A DNA stretch of 64,000 nt, from NCBI RefSeq assembly GCF_050920415.1, contig NZ_CP169309.1; one strand, written 5' to 3'. Shown here in pieces: positions 1 through 10,869 of this stretch. The position numbers and the translations under genes were made by a program. Below the pieces are notes generated by a model. It had not been told where the DNA came from. It did no database searches and saw nothing but the letters and a program-made list of their open reading frames with translations. The number at the start of each line of letters is the position of its first letter. Position 1 is the stretch's first letter. This stretch comes from Escherichia coli (GTDB taxonomy: Bacteria; Pseudomonadota; Gammaproteobacteria; Enterobacterales; Enterobacteriaceae).

Positions 1-342
1 AAAACGGTGATCTATTGCACAACGAGGAAGCTAAAAGGCTTCCTTTGTTGATGCATGTCAACCGCAAATCTATCATTCTCCCGATATATGTTTATTTTAT
101 GTAAAATCAATTTATGTAAAAAGTCACATCATTGTAGTTAAAAAGGTTGAGTTAGATCGCAGAAACGGGTACATATAGCCCCGCAAATGTGACCACGCCC
201 GCAGATATTATTTAAATCAGAGCCATAGAGGCCACGCTGGCGAGGCATCAATCTTTACGATCTGTATAAAGACGGATTGTTGATGATGTGTTAAAATTGA
301 TGTAAACAAGTTGTGAAGTAAATGTGCTTCCGGGGAAAATAA

Positions 343-687
343 GTGACTTCATTACAACTCTCAATCGTCCATCGACTGCCGCAGAACTATCGCTGGTCTG
401 CTGGTTTCGCAGGTTCGAAGGTTGAACCGATTCCGCAAAATGGACCGTGCGGTGACAACAGCCTTGTGGCGCTTAAATTGCTTAGCCCGGATGGTGATAA
501 TGCATGGTCGGTGATGTACAAACTAAGCCAGGCGTTAAGCGACATCGAAGTTCCATGCTCGGTACTGGAGTGTGAAGGTGAGCCGTGCCTGTTTGTAAAT
601 CGCCAGGACGAGTTTGCTGCAACATGCCGATTGAAAAATTTTGGTGTGGCAATTGCCGAACCCTTCTCAAACTACAATCCTTTTTAA
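343..687 (+). CDS. yejG: YejG, small conserved protein of unknown function (114 aa)
   Basis: ORF track 343..687 begins [21 protein letters not shown] start seen at 343; sits convergent with yejF as in K-12 synteny. Confidence 0.85.
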
Positions 688-690
688 GCG

Positions 691-2280
691 TCAGCTCAAC
701 GCCAGTAGCTGACGCGTATACTCCTGCTGCGGTGCGGCAAACACGCGCGCGCACGGTCCTTGTTCCACTACTTCCCCTTGTCGCAGTACGATAACCTGAT
801 GACATAACGCGCGGACAACGTGCAAATCGTGACTGATAAACAAATAGGCCAATTGATGCTTTTGTTGCAATGATTTCAATAGCGTCAATATTTGCGCCTG
901 TACCGTTTTGTCGAGCGATGATGTCGGCTCATCAAGAATGATCAGCGAGGGCTTGAGAATTAATGCCCTGGCAATCGCAATACGTTGCCGCTGACCACCA
1001 GAGAACTCCGCCGGATAACGGTGGCGTGTTTCAGGATCTAATCCCACTTCATGCATCACGGCTATCACTTGTTGTTCACGTTGCACGGCAGAAAGCATCG
1101 GCTGGTGAACCCGTAAACCTTCCTCGATAATTTGCAAAACGTTGAGTCGTGGGTTGAGCGAGGAGTTAGGATCCTGAAATACCACCTGAATGCGATGGCG
1201 AATAGGTAATAGCTGACGGCGGTTTAAATTTTGCAATGGCTGACCGTCAAAAATGATGCTGCCCTGAGAGTAAATCAGTCGCAGCAGCGCCAGTCCCGTC
1301 GTGCTTTTCCCGGAACCGGACTCGCCCACTAAACCCAGTGTTTCACCCGCCCGTAGCGTAAAACTGATGTTTTTCACCACCACATTATGATCCACAATGC
1401 GCTTCAAAATCCCTTTGCGAATGGGGAAGGCAACCTGAAGCTGTTCAACATCTAGCAACGTTGAGGCAGGTTCTGGCAATGGGACCGGGTCGCCTGATGG
1501 TTCACTGTTGAGTAGCTTTTGTGTGTAAGGATGAGTGGGTGAGGCAAATAGCGTAGCAGCGTTATTTTGCTCGACACAGCGACCGTTTTGCATTACCGCC
1601 ACGCGGTGAGCCAGTTTTCTGACAATACTGAGGTTATGAGTAATAAACAGCATGCCCATATTCAGCTCGCCTTGCAGTTCGCGCAACAGCTGTAAAATCT
1701 GCGCCTGGACAGAGACGTCCAGCGCGGTGGTCGGTTCATCGGCAATTAATAATTCCGGTCGCGTTAACAGCGCCATCGCAATCATCACCCGCTGGCGTTC
1801 GCCGCCGGAGAGCTGATGCGGATAATCTGTCAGCCGTTTTGCCGCCTGGCGGATACCGACGCGATCAAGGCAGTTAAGAATTTCGCCACGAGCCGCTTCC
1901 CGACGCATCCCGCGGTGGAGTGAAAGCACTTCATAAAGCTGTTTTTCCAGGGTATGCAATGGATTTAACGACACCATCGGTTCCTGAAAAATCATGGCAA
2001 CCTTATTACCGCGTACACCGCGTAACGTTTGATCGCTGGCATGAAGCAGCGATTCGCCATGAAAACGAATATCGCCGGAGAGATATTCAACCGGCGGGGA
2101 AGGGAGCAGGCGTAAAATTGACAGCGCGGTAACGCTCTTACCTGAACCAGACTCACCCACCAGCGCCAGCGTTTCGCCAGCCTCAATCTGTAGTGAAACA
2201 TCATTGACTACTGTGCGTACGGTTTGCTGATGGCGAAAACCCACCGACAAATTTTCAATCGCTAACAGAGTTTGCGTCAT
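691..2280 (-). CDS. yejF: Peptide/microcin C ABC transporter, fused double ATP-binding subunit
   Basis: ORF 691..2328 trimmed to [15 protein letters not shown] start (529 aa); two Walker A motifs GESGSGKS in translation; start codon 2278-2280 abuts yejE stop. Confidence 0.9.
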   Translation of the reverse strand: MTQTLLAIENLSVGFRHQQTVRTVVNDVSLQIEAGETLALVGESGSGKSVTALSILRLLPSPPVEYLSGDIRFHGESLLHASDQTLRGVRGNKVAMIFQEPMVSLNPLHTLEKQLYEVLSLHRGMRREAARGEILNCLDRVGIRQAAKRLTDYPHQLSGGERQRVMIAMALLTRPELLIADEPTTALDVSVQAQILQLLRELQGELNMGMLFITHNLSIVRKLAHRVAVMQNGRCVEQNNAATLFASPTHPYTQKLLNSEPSGDPVPLPEPASTLLDVEQLQVAFPIRKGILKRIVDHNVVVKNISFTLRAGETLGLVGESGSGKSTTGLALLRLIYSQGSIIFDGQPLQNLNRRQLLPIRHRIQVVFQDPNSSLNPRLNVLQIIEEGLRVHQPMLSAVQREQQVIAVMHEVGLDPETRHRYPAEFSGGQRQRIAIARALILKPSLIILDEPTSSLDKTVQAQILTLLKSLQQKHQLAYLFISHDLHVVRALCHQVIVLRQGEVVEQGPCARVFAAPQQEYTRQLLALS

Positions 2281-2281
2281 G

Positions 2282-3307
2282 CTACACCGCCTTATTAGGA
2301 TCAAATGCGTCGCGGACGGCTTCACCAATAAAGATCAGCAAAGACAACAATATCGCCACCGACAAGAAGGCGGTGATCCCAAGCCACGGGGCCTGAAGGT
2401 TATTTTTCCCTTGTAACAGCAGTTCGCCGAGTGACGGTGAACCGAGCGGCAGACCGAAGCCGAGGAAATCGAGTGAGGTCAGGGTGGTGATCGAACTACA
2501 TAAAATAAACGGTAAAAAGGTGAGGGTAGCGACCATGGCATTTGGCAACATATGACGCAGGATGATACTGCGATCGCTGACGCCAAGCGCCTGCGCCGCA
2601 CGGATGTAGTCGAAATTACGGGTACGTAAAAACTCCGCCCGCACCACGCCGACCAGACTCATCCAGCCAAACAAGACGGTAATTGCCAACAGCCACCAGA
2701 AGTTAGGCTGTACGACGCTGGAAAGTAAAATAATCAAAAACAGCGTCGGCATCCCCGACCATACTTCAATAAAACGTTGCCCCCAGAGATCGACTTTACC
2801 GCCGTAATAGCCTTGTAGCGCCCCCGCCAACACGCCCATCACGCTGGAGCAGAGGGTCAGCATCAGGCCAAACAGAACTGAGATCCGCGTGCCATAGAGA
2901 ATGCGCGCCAGCACATCGCCGCCATTGGCATCCGTTCCCAGCCAGTTTTGCCGGGAGGGTGGAGAAGGGAAGGGCTTATCGGTAGCAAAGTTGATACTGG
3001 TAGCACCAAAGCGAATCGGTGCCCACAGTACCCAGCCTTTATCTTCCAACCGCTGTTTCAGCCACGGGTCCTGATAATCAGCCTGGCTTGCCAGCGGGCC
3101 GCCAAAATCGCTTTCGCTGTAGTTTTTCAACAACGGGAAATACCAACTGCCGTCATAACGTACCAGCAACGGTTTATCGTTGGCGATAAGTTCAGAACAC
3201 AAACTCAAACCAAATAAGACGAGGAAAATCCATAACGACCAGTAGCCGCGACGGTTATGACGAAAACGCGCCCAACGGGCCTGATTGACGGGGCTGAGTC
3301 GCGACAT
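2282..3307 (-). CDS. yejE: Peptide ABC transporter permease
   Basis: 341 aa multi-TM ORF, stop/start coupled to yejF and yejB; matches K-12 YejE length. Confidence 0.9.
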   Translation of the reverse strand: MSRLSPVNQARWARFRHNRRGYWSLWIFLVLFGLSLCSELIANDKPLLVRYDGSWYFPLLKNYSESDFGGPLASQADYQDPWLKQRLEDKGWVLWAPIRFGATSINFATDKPFPSPPSRQNWLGTDANGGDVLARILYGTRISVLFGLMLTLCSSVMGVLAGALQGYYGGKVDLWGQRFIEVWSGMPTLFLIILLSSVVQPNFWWLLAITVLFGWMSLVGVVRAEFLRTRNFDYIRAAQALGVSDRSIILRHMLPNAMVATLTFLPFILCSSITTLTSLDFLGFGLPLGSPSLGELLLQGKNNLQAPWLGITAFLSVAILLSLLIFIGEAVRDAFDPNKAV

Positions 3308-4401
3308 TAACGTCCCTCAAAATCTATACGCGGATCGACCAGCGTATAGCTGATATCACTGACAATATTCAGCAGCAGGCCAATCAGGGTGAAAATATAC
3401 AAGGTACCAAACATTACAGGATAATCGCGCGAGACGGTCGCTTCGTAGCCCAGTAAGCCAAGACCATTGAGTGAAAACATCACCTCAATCAGCAGCGAGC
3501 CGGTAAAAAACATGCTGATAAACGTCGCCGGAAAACCGGCAATCACCAGCAGCATGGCGTTGCGGAACACATGTTTCCAGAGAATATTTTTTTCACTTAC
3601 CCCTTTCGCACGGGCGGTCACCACGTATTGCTTGCGCACTTCATCAAGGAATGAGTTTTTTGTCAGCATGGTCAGCGCCGCAAAGCCGCCAATCACCGTC
3701 GCCAGCACCGGCAGCGTGATATGCCACAGATAATCGGTGATTTTCTGATACCACGGCAGCGAATCAAAGTTAGCGGAAACCAGGCCGCGCAGAGGGAACA
3801 GGTCGAAATAGCTGCCGCCCGCGAAGAAGACAATCAGCAGGATGGCAAACAAAAAGGCCGGAATGGCGTACCCGATGATGATAAATGCGCTACTCCAGAC
3901 GTCAAAGCGGCTACCATTATAAACAGCTTTGCGAATACCCAGCGGAATCGACACCAGATAGATAATCAGCGTGCTCCACAATCCGAGGGTGATGGAAACC
4001 GGCAGACTGTCTTTAATCAGCGTCAGCACCGAGGCGCTGCGAAACAGGCTATCGCCAAAATCAAAGCGGATGTAGTCCCAGAGCATTTTGAAGTAACGTT
4101 CGTGGATCGGCTTATCGAAACCGTAGCGATGAGTGATCTCGGCGATCACTTCTGGATCTAATCCGCGTCCACCACGGTAATTACTGTCGCTGATATTGCC
4201 GACGCCCGTTTGCGCATGGCTGGCGCGAACACCTTCACCGCCTGCGCCGGGTAATACTCCGGCATTACCAAACTCAATGGCGGCGATGGCCTGGTCGACC
4301 GGACCGCCAGGCGCAATTTGCACGATGAAAAAGTTGATAGTGATAATCGCCCATAACGTTGGGATCACCAGCAACAGACGGCGAATCAGATAAGCGCCCA
4401 T
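3307..4401 (-). CDS. yejB: Peptide ABC transporter permease
   Basis: 364 aa membrane ORF; overlaps yejE start by 1 nt; operon position. Confidence 0.9.
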
Positions 4402-6216
4402 CTACTCTCCCTGTTGTCTGGCTGACGGCAGTTTGGCCGCTTTATTAACGTCATACCACCATGTATCAATACCCAGGCTGTAAATAGGGCGCACCGCGGG
4501 TTGGGAGAATTTATCCCACCAGGCGAGACGGTCTTCCGCCATGTACCACATCGGCAGCATGTAATAATTCCACGTTAATACACGGTCCAGTGCGCGCCCC
4601 AACGGCAATAATTTTTCTTTATTTCCCTGGGCGGCAATAATTTGGTTGATCAGTGAATCGATAACCGGACTTTGCACGCCGGGAGCATTATAAGTGGAAT
4701 TGATATATTCCGATGACCAGGAAATCTGTAAATCAGAACTGGGCCACGGCATCGCCCGCCATACGCGAGGCATCATGTCATAGTCGCGACTGCGCATTCG
4801 ATTGGTGATTTGCGAGTTATCCACCTTGCGAATGTCCATGTTGATACCCAGCCGTTGCAGGCTGTGCTGGAACGGTAATACCCACTGACTATTGCTGCTT
4901 GCGGGAAGCAATAATTCAAAGCTGAGAGGCTGACCCGTTGTGGCATTAACGCGTTGCTGACCCTTCAGCACCCAGCCCGCTTCATTGAGAAGTTTGTCGG
5001 CTTTTAACAGGTTGTCACGATCGTAGCCATCGCCTTTCGATACCGGCGGCTGGTAGATTTGTGTGAAGACTTCTGGCGGAAGATCTTTTTTCATTGGTGC
5101 CAGAAGCACCAGCTCCGCGGCGTCGGGGTAATTTCTGGCTGCGTATTCGGTATTCTGAAAATAACTGTTCGTGCGACTCCAGGCATTGTAAAACAACGCC
5201 TTGTTCATCCATTCAAAGTCAAAGGCGAGAGTGATCGCTTCCCGGACCCGGCGATCGCTGAATACCGGACGTTGGATATTAAACGCCAGCCAGCGCGTAT
5301 CCTGGGCTGATTCGTTCTTTTGCTCATCTTTGATGATGTATTTCTTATCGAAATTTTTACCGGTATAGCGCGTGGCCCAGTTTTTGGCGTCGTTTTCCAT
5401 ACGCAAATCAAAGGCACCGGCTTTAAACGCTTCAAAGGCGACATTATCATCGAGGTAGTAATCGTAGCGAATGGTGTCGAAATTCCAGCGTCCACGGTTT
5501 ACCGGTAAGTTTGCTGCCCAGTAATCTTTCACGCGGGAATAGACAATATTTTGCCCCATTTTCCAGGACGTAATTCGGTACGGACCACTGGAAAGCGGAG
5601 GCGTGGCGAGCGGATCGCTAAGTTTGTGATTCTTCCAGTACTTTTCTGGAAAGACCGGCAGCGAAAACAGACTCAACATATCTTCTTTGCCGGGTTTCGC
5701 TAACTCAATACGCACGGTTAATGGTGCAATGGCTTTGACGGTGGTGCCTTTGTAGACCAGACGAAATTGCGGCACGCCTTCGGTCATAAATTTTTGAAAA
5801 GTAAACTCTACATCGCGGGCAGTAATGGGGGAACCATCATGAAAACGGGCGCGCGGATTAATTGCGACCTCCACCCAGGAATAATCGTCAGCATAGCGCG
5901 CACTTTCGGCAATCAGCGGATAATAACTGCCTGGTTCGTCATCGGAAGTAGTAAATAGCGTGTCGTACAACTGCTCGGTGCGTGCGCCTGGGTTGCCGCG
6001 CAGTGCATAGCGGTTGAAATTATCGAAGGTGCCGAGGGCTGACAACGTTATCTGCCCACCTTTTGGCGCGGCGGGGTTCACATAATCAAAATGGTTGAAA
6101 TTAAACGCGTACCGGGGTTCGCCCAGTACCGCAAAGGCATAGCTTTCCTTGATAGCCTGCGCCTGCGCACCAAAGGTGAACAGAGCGATAAACAGCAGCA
6201 GTATGCGCACAATCAT
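4402..6216 (-). CDS. yejA: Periplasmic oligopeptide/microcin C binding protein of the YejABEF transporter
   Basis: ORF 4402..6222 (606 aa) with signal peptide [19 protein letters not shown]; start probably at 6216 (604 aa). Confidence 0.9.
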
Positions 6217-6297
6217 CTGCAACAGATTTCCTTTTACTCATCATTAGCCGCAAACCGGCATGCTTTCACTATGAATAATAAGGGACGTAAGCACGCC

Positions 6298-7854
6298 TTA
6301 CCACTGCGGCGTATACGGTTTCTTAAGCCAGCGGACAAAATCGTCCAGCGGTAATGGGCGACTGATCCAGTAGCCTTGCATGAAATTAACGCCGCGTTCG
6401 CTTAGCCATCGCGCCTGTTCCGGCGTTTCAACCCCTTCAGCAACCGTCAGCATATTGAGACGTTTCGCCAGCGTCAGCACCGCGTCAAGTACGGGTGAAG
6501 TGATCGTTTCCGTACCGATGGCGTTGATAAATCCACGATCAATTTTCAGATAATCGAGCGTAAAACGCTCAAGATAGATAAGCGCGCTGTGCCCGGTGCC
6601 AAAGTCATCAATAGCAATTTCAACGCCGACTGAATGCAGCCAGGCGAAGAGTTGCGTGGCTTCTTGCTCTTTCAACATATCGCGCTCGGTAATTTCCAGC
6701 ACAATCTGGAAATGATGTGCGGGCAGGGAAGTGAGCAATTTTTGGATATCAGCTTTAAAGCTTTCGCTATGCAGATGGTCCGGCGCAATGTTAATGCCAA
6801 ATTTGACGCCTACCGGCAGTACTTTTTCTAATTCTGCGGCATCGCGGGCAATTAACTCAAACAGGTGCTGAGTCAGCGGCACAATCATCTTTTGCGATTC
6901 GGCAAAGTTGATGAAGGCATCCGGGGGAATTTCTCCCGCTACAGGATGCCGCCAGCGTAGTAGTACTTCCAGGCCCGTTACCCGCAGAGCTTGTGTATCA
7001 ACCACCGGTTGATATACCACGTAAAATTGTTCGCGCTTGATGGCGGTCATGATTTCTCTGCCCGGTCGCATACGCACGCTCATCAGGTAATAGCAGAGAA
7101 GTCCAACCATTGTTCCACTCATGCCGCCCAGTAAAAATGCGTACCACACATCGTTCCAAGTCCAGTCATCCGCATAAAGCCGAACGGTCAGAGGAATGCC
7201 CGCAATTTTAGTTTCACGGACCGGCATGTCGGTTAATTCATTAACGTTCATCAAACGTGAAGAAAAGGTAGATAGCGCAGTATTGCCAATAATGAGGGCG
7301 ACGCCATCGTAATCTTCCTGCCGTGAACTATAAAAGAGAGAAGGCGTCAGGTTGAGATTCAGAGCGGCAAACACGCCGCTATTTTTCAGCAAAGGGTTGC
7401 GATACCAGATGACGATTGCGGGTTTGTTCGGCACCATCGGCGTGCCGGGTAAGATCGCCATATCGACGTTTTTATTAATGTCGAGCGCCGGAATCAATTC
7501 ATTGAGTGGAATGTCCATCTCACCAGTCGCAGATGAACAGAATGTTTTTTTATCTTTTACCAGCACAAACGTACGGACATTCATGCTAAACGCCGCGCGG
7601 GCAGTCAGTTCGGGGTTAGCCTGCTGGCAGGTATCTAAGGTCAGCGGCTGGAGCCGGTCAGTAGTAGATTTCAGGTCGGCAAAATAGGTATCGAGATACT
7701 TTTGTACGTCGGTAATCAGTGTGTCGTATTTGACTTCGTGCTTATGCCAGGCCACTAAAAACTGAAGGCAGCTCACCAGTATCGCAATCATCACGCCTGC
7801 AACGATGCAGGTAAGCATAAGCTTACGTCCAGAATTGGGAGCGCGTATGAACAT
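6298..7854 (-). CDS. rtn: Membrane-anchored EAL-domain c-di-GMP phosphodiesterase-like protein Rtn
   Basis: 518 aa ORF, N-terminal TM segment plus C-terminal EAL-type domain; K-12 synteny between yejA and mepS. Confidence 0.85.
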   Translation of the reverse strand: MFIRAPNSGRKLMLTCIVAGVMIAILVSCLQFLVAWHKHEVKYDTLITDVQKYLDTYFADLKSTTDRLQPLTLDTCQQANPELTARAAFSMNVRTFVLVKDKKTFCSSATGEMDIPLNELIPALDINKNVDMAILPGTPMVPNKPAIVIWYRNPLLKNSGVFAALNLNLTPSLFYSSRQEDYDGVALIIGNTALSTFSSRLMNVNELTDMPVRETKIAGIPLTVRLYADDWTWNDVWYAFLLGGMSGTMVGLLCYYLMSVRMRPGREIMTAIKREQFYVVYQPVVDTQALRVTGLEVLLRWRHPVAGEIPPDAFINFAESQKMIVPLTQHLFELIARDAAELEKVLPVGVKFGINIAPDHLHSESFKADIQKLLTSLPAHHFQIVLEITERDMLKEQEATQLFAWLHSVGVEIAIDDFGTGHSALIYLERFTLDYLKIDRGFINAIGTETITSPVLDAVLTLAKRLNMLTVAEGVETPEQARWLSERGVNFMQGYWISRPLPLDDFVRWLKKPYTPQW

Positions 7855-7960
7855 GATTCCGTTAATTTCCTGAAATTACGACAACATTTAAAAGATAACA
7901 ATGACCGGACTATAGCCTGGATCAAGACGCGGAAACATCATTTTCTCTGATGAATGAAAA

Positions 7961-7988
7961 CAAAAAAGCACTGCCTAAGCAGTGCTTT
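7961..7988 (-). terminator. Intrinsic terminator downstream of mepS
   Basis: Perfect hairpin aaagcactgc/gcagtgcttt followed on the minus strand by a T-run. Confidence 0.6.
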
Positions 7989-8034
7989 CAGTTAACTCGT
8001 CAGGATAGCCAAGGGATTGCATCCAAACGGTTTA

Positions 8035-8601
8035 TTAGCTGCGGCTGAGAACCCGGCGTGCTTCGTTGTAACGCTTCTTCCAGTACGGTTCATTCATGCT
8101 GGAAATAATAACACCACTGCTGGTGGAAGCATGGACAAACTGATTGTTGCCGATATAAATACCGACATGGCGTCCCGTTGAACCGGCGCGGAACAGAACT
8201 AAATCACCCGTACGCAAATTACTGCGGGAAACAGATTTACCCATTTCCTGCTGTTCGTAAGTCGAACGCGGAAGTTCTAAGCCAAATTGCTCACGGAATG
8301 TACGCTGTACGAAACCAGAACAATCGATACCTTTTTTAGTGCTGCCGCCCAGACGATAGCGTACGCCTTTCCAGTCAGCATACTGATCCATAATTCGCGA
8401 TTTTACGTCGACATTACGAACCAGGTTTTCAAATTCATCCTGAGAAGCTTGCAGTGATGATGTTTCACTACCCACTGCACGTGTCTCAGGATGCATATTC
8501 TTTGCGGTGTTATTTGCACTACATGCAGAAAGCAGAACCGCTACTGCAATCGCGGGGATCCCGCGCAAGATATATCTCAAAATCGGTTGAGATTTGACCA
8601 T
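8035..8601 (-). CDS. mepS: Murein DD-endopeptidase MepS (Spr), NlpC/P60 lipoprotein
   Basis: 188 aa, lipoprotein signal LSAC, NlpC/P60 catalytic Cys context DCSGFV. Confidence 0.9.
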
Positions 8602-9013
8602 GTTGTTTGTTTTCCCTTGAAGTCCTTAACGACAAATATCGTTATAAAAAAATGCCAAGCGACACGAGACTAATTACCTGGGCATGTTGAAACAATTCCT
8701 TAAGGCCAAATCTGTGGACTAACGCACAAAATTATATGCTGTGAGGATAATCTACCGCCGAGGCAAAACGAGTTCGAGATTACCCGATTGGTGCGGTCTT
8801 GGCGAGTGGTTTTACATGATTTTTTATAAGAAAAAGTGATACAGAAAGTTAATAAGCGGGATTGGTCAATTAAAGTACGATTGAGTGAAACGCATACAAT
8901 CCATTCATTTACTTAGGGAATGATTTTTGTGTTCGATGAAAGAAAGCAAAGGCGCACATCATCAGGAATATCCTTACTATAAAAATAAACCTGATGATGT
9001 TAATTACCGTGAG

Positions 9014-9727
9014 TTATTTGTTTTGGAAATGTTTGTTTTTTCCCGGTAGTGATTTGTCAAAAAAGGTGATTAATCGATCACTTAATGGCGTCAGCAACAT
9101 CCAGGGCAAACCAATCAATATCACGGTCATCGAACCAACAATGATGTCAGTAAACCAGTGTGCACCAATCATTACTCTGGGAAATGCAAAAACCACAAAA
9201 ATAATAAGGGCGATAAGGCCTGCGACTTTGCCGAAATAACGCCACATGAATGCCGAAAAAATAAGCAGCATCATGCCGTGATCGCCGGGAAAGCTGTCTC
9301 GTGAGGCATCTTTCGTGGGGATAGGGAGCAGTTCGCTGACGCGGTTAATATTGGCAAAAGTTAATGTTGGGCTGGCCCGTTTTACAGGAATTAATGCCTG
9401 TCCCAGTTGGTTTAAGACCACTGCAGTTAATAGCATGACGAGGCCAATAATCACGATACGTCGTCGGCCTGGGGCGTTTTCTTTCAGCCAGAAACTCAGC
9501 ATCAACATTCCCATTGCCAGCAGTGAACAACCGTCGAAGGCACGATTATTGGTCAATGCAACCAGCCACAAAAAGGCCTTACTTTCGACCAGTTTCTGAT
9601 TAAAAAAATAAAAAATATCCGCATCAATCGGCAACCAGAATCCATGATTAACGGGAATATACCAGGAAAGAAACAGCGCGAGGCCGACAATATTCAACAA
9701 CACTATTTGCGGCAAATTTTTAATCAT
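9014..9727 (-). CDS. lpxT: Lipid A 1-diphosphate synthase / undecaprenyl-PP phosphotransferase, PAP2 family
   Basis: ORF 9014..9763 trimmed to MIKNLPQIVLLN start (237 aa); polytopic membrane protein. Confidence 0.85.
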   Translation of the reverse strand: MIKNLPQIVLLNIVGLALFLSWYIPVNHGFWLPIDADIFYFFNQKLVESKAFLWLVALTNNRAFDGCSLLAMGMLMLSFWLKENAPGRRRIVIIGLVMLLTAVVLNQLGQALIPVKRASPTLTFANINRVSELLPIPTKDASRDSFPGDHGMMLLIFSAFMWRYFGKVAGLIALIIFVVFAFPRVMIGAHWFTDIIVGSMTVILIGLPWMLLTPLSDRLITFFDKSLPGKNKHFQNK

Positions 9728-9765
9728 ATTTTCTCTAATTATCTTACTGAAAAACGCAGGCAACC

Positions 9766-10752
9766 TTACGCGGTAGTCGCTAAACGAAGCTTCAACAGCG
9801 CGCTCTGCAAAGCATTCCAGTCAGCTTCGCTGCTGGAAATCAGCTCAATACGACTGTCCGGTGGAGCAACGTTTTGCGTTTCAATGTGCAGGTCATCGCC
9901 CTGACGGTTGATTCGCACCAGCCCTTCGGGAATACGCATCACGCCTTTGACGCGTTCCACCGGTGCAAGTCGCGCCCATTCCAGAATGCCAATGGTGTCG
10001 AATACCGTATCAGCGTCGAATATCCAGCCACAGGCCTGATGCCCTTGTCCACTGTTCAGACTGCGACGCCAGCGTTGATGCTCTGGCAGGCTTAACGCTG
10101 CTAACCCTTTTTTCACGCTATGCTGATGAGAATGCGCCGCGCTGGCGGGCAACTCGGCTAAATTGCGACGTGGCAAATCCAGAAGATGACCGTCAATTTT
10201 CCCATGTTCGCTGTGAATTAAATGCCGATCGCCACCATTTTGCTGCCACCAGCGCTGTAGCGCTTGCTCACTTTCGGGCGTCGCACGGTCGGATTTATTG
10301 GCGACAATAATGTCTGCGGCAGCCAGCTGGTCACGGAAGTTTTCATTGCTGGCGCTTTTTTCGTCCAGCAGCAAGCGTGGATCGAGAATGCACAACGTGG
10401 CGCGCAGATCTATCCACGGTTCATACACGGGCGCGGTTAAGAGATCGAGGATCTGTTTCGGATGGCCCAGCCCGGTCGGCTCTATCAACAAGCGGTCTGG
10501 TTTTCCCTGACGCAGTAAGGTATTCAACCCTACCTGCATGGGTAAACCATTAACGCAGCACATACAGCCGCCGGGGATCTCTTTCAACAATGCGCCGCTA
10601 TCGGCGAGCAAAGCACCATCAATTCCGACTTCCCCAAATTCATTAACCAGTACCGCCCATTTTTCGTTGGGATCTTTATGGGCTAACAGATGAAGAATCG
10701 ACGTAGTTTTCCCGCTGCCGAGAAAACCGGTGATGAGGTTGGTCCTGGTCAC
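9766..10752 (-). CDS. yeiR: CobW/COG0523-family zinc-associated GTPase
   Basis: 328 aa, P-loop GFLGSGKTT and CxCC motif GGCMCC. Confidence 0.9.
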   Translation of the reverse strand: MTRTNLITGFLGSGKTTSILHLLAHKDPNEKWAVLVNEFGEVGIDGALLADSGALLKEIPGGCMCCVNGLPMQVGLNTLLRQGKPDRLLIEPTGLGHPKQILDLLTAPVYEPWIDLRATLCILDPRLLLDEKSASNENFRDQLAAADIIVANKSDRATPESEQALQRWWQQNGGDRHLIHSEHGKIDGHLLDLPRRNLAELPASAAHSHQHSVKKGLAALSLPEHQRWRRSLNSGQGHQACGWIFDADTVFDTIGILEWARLAPVERVKGVMRIPEGLVRINRQGDDLHIETQNVAPPDSRIELISSSEADWNALQSALLKLRLATTA

Positions 10753-10869
10753 AACGGCTCCGCAATATTCTTAAAAGTTAACTGAGCGTTAATCCTGGCT
10801 AAAAAAGGCAGAAAAGAGAAGGGGAGAGCGGACGAAGGCGAGCTTCATCCGCTTTAACCGCAGAAATCG

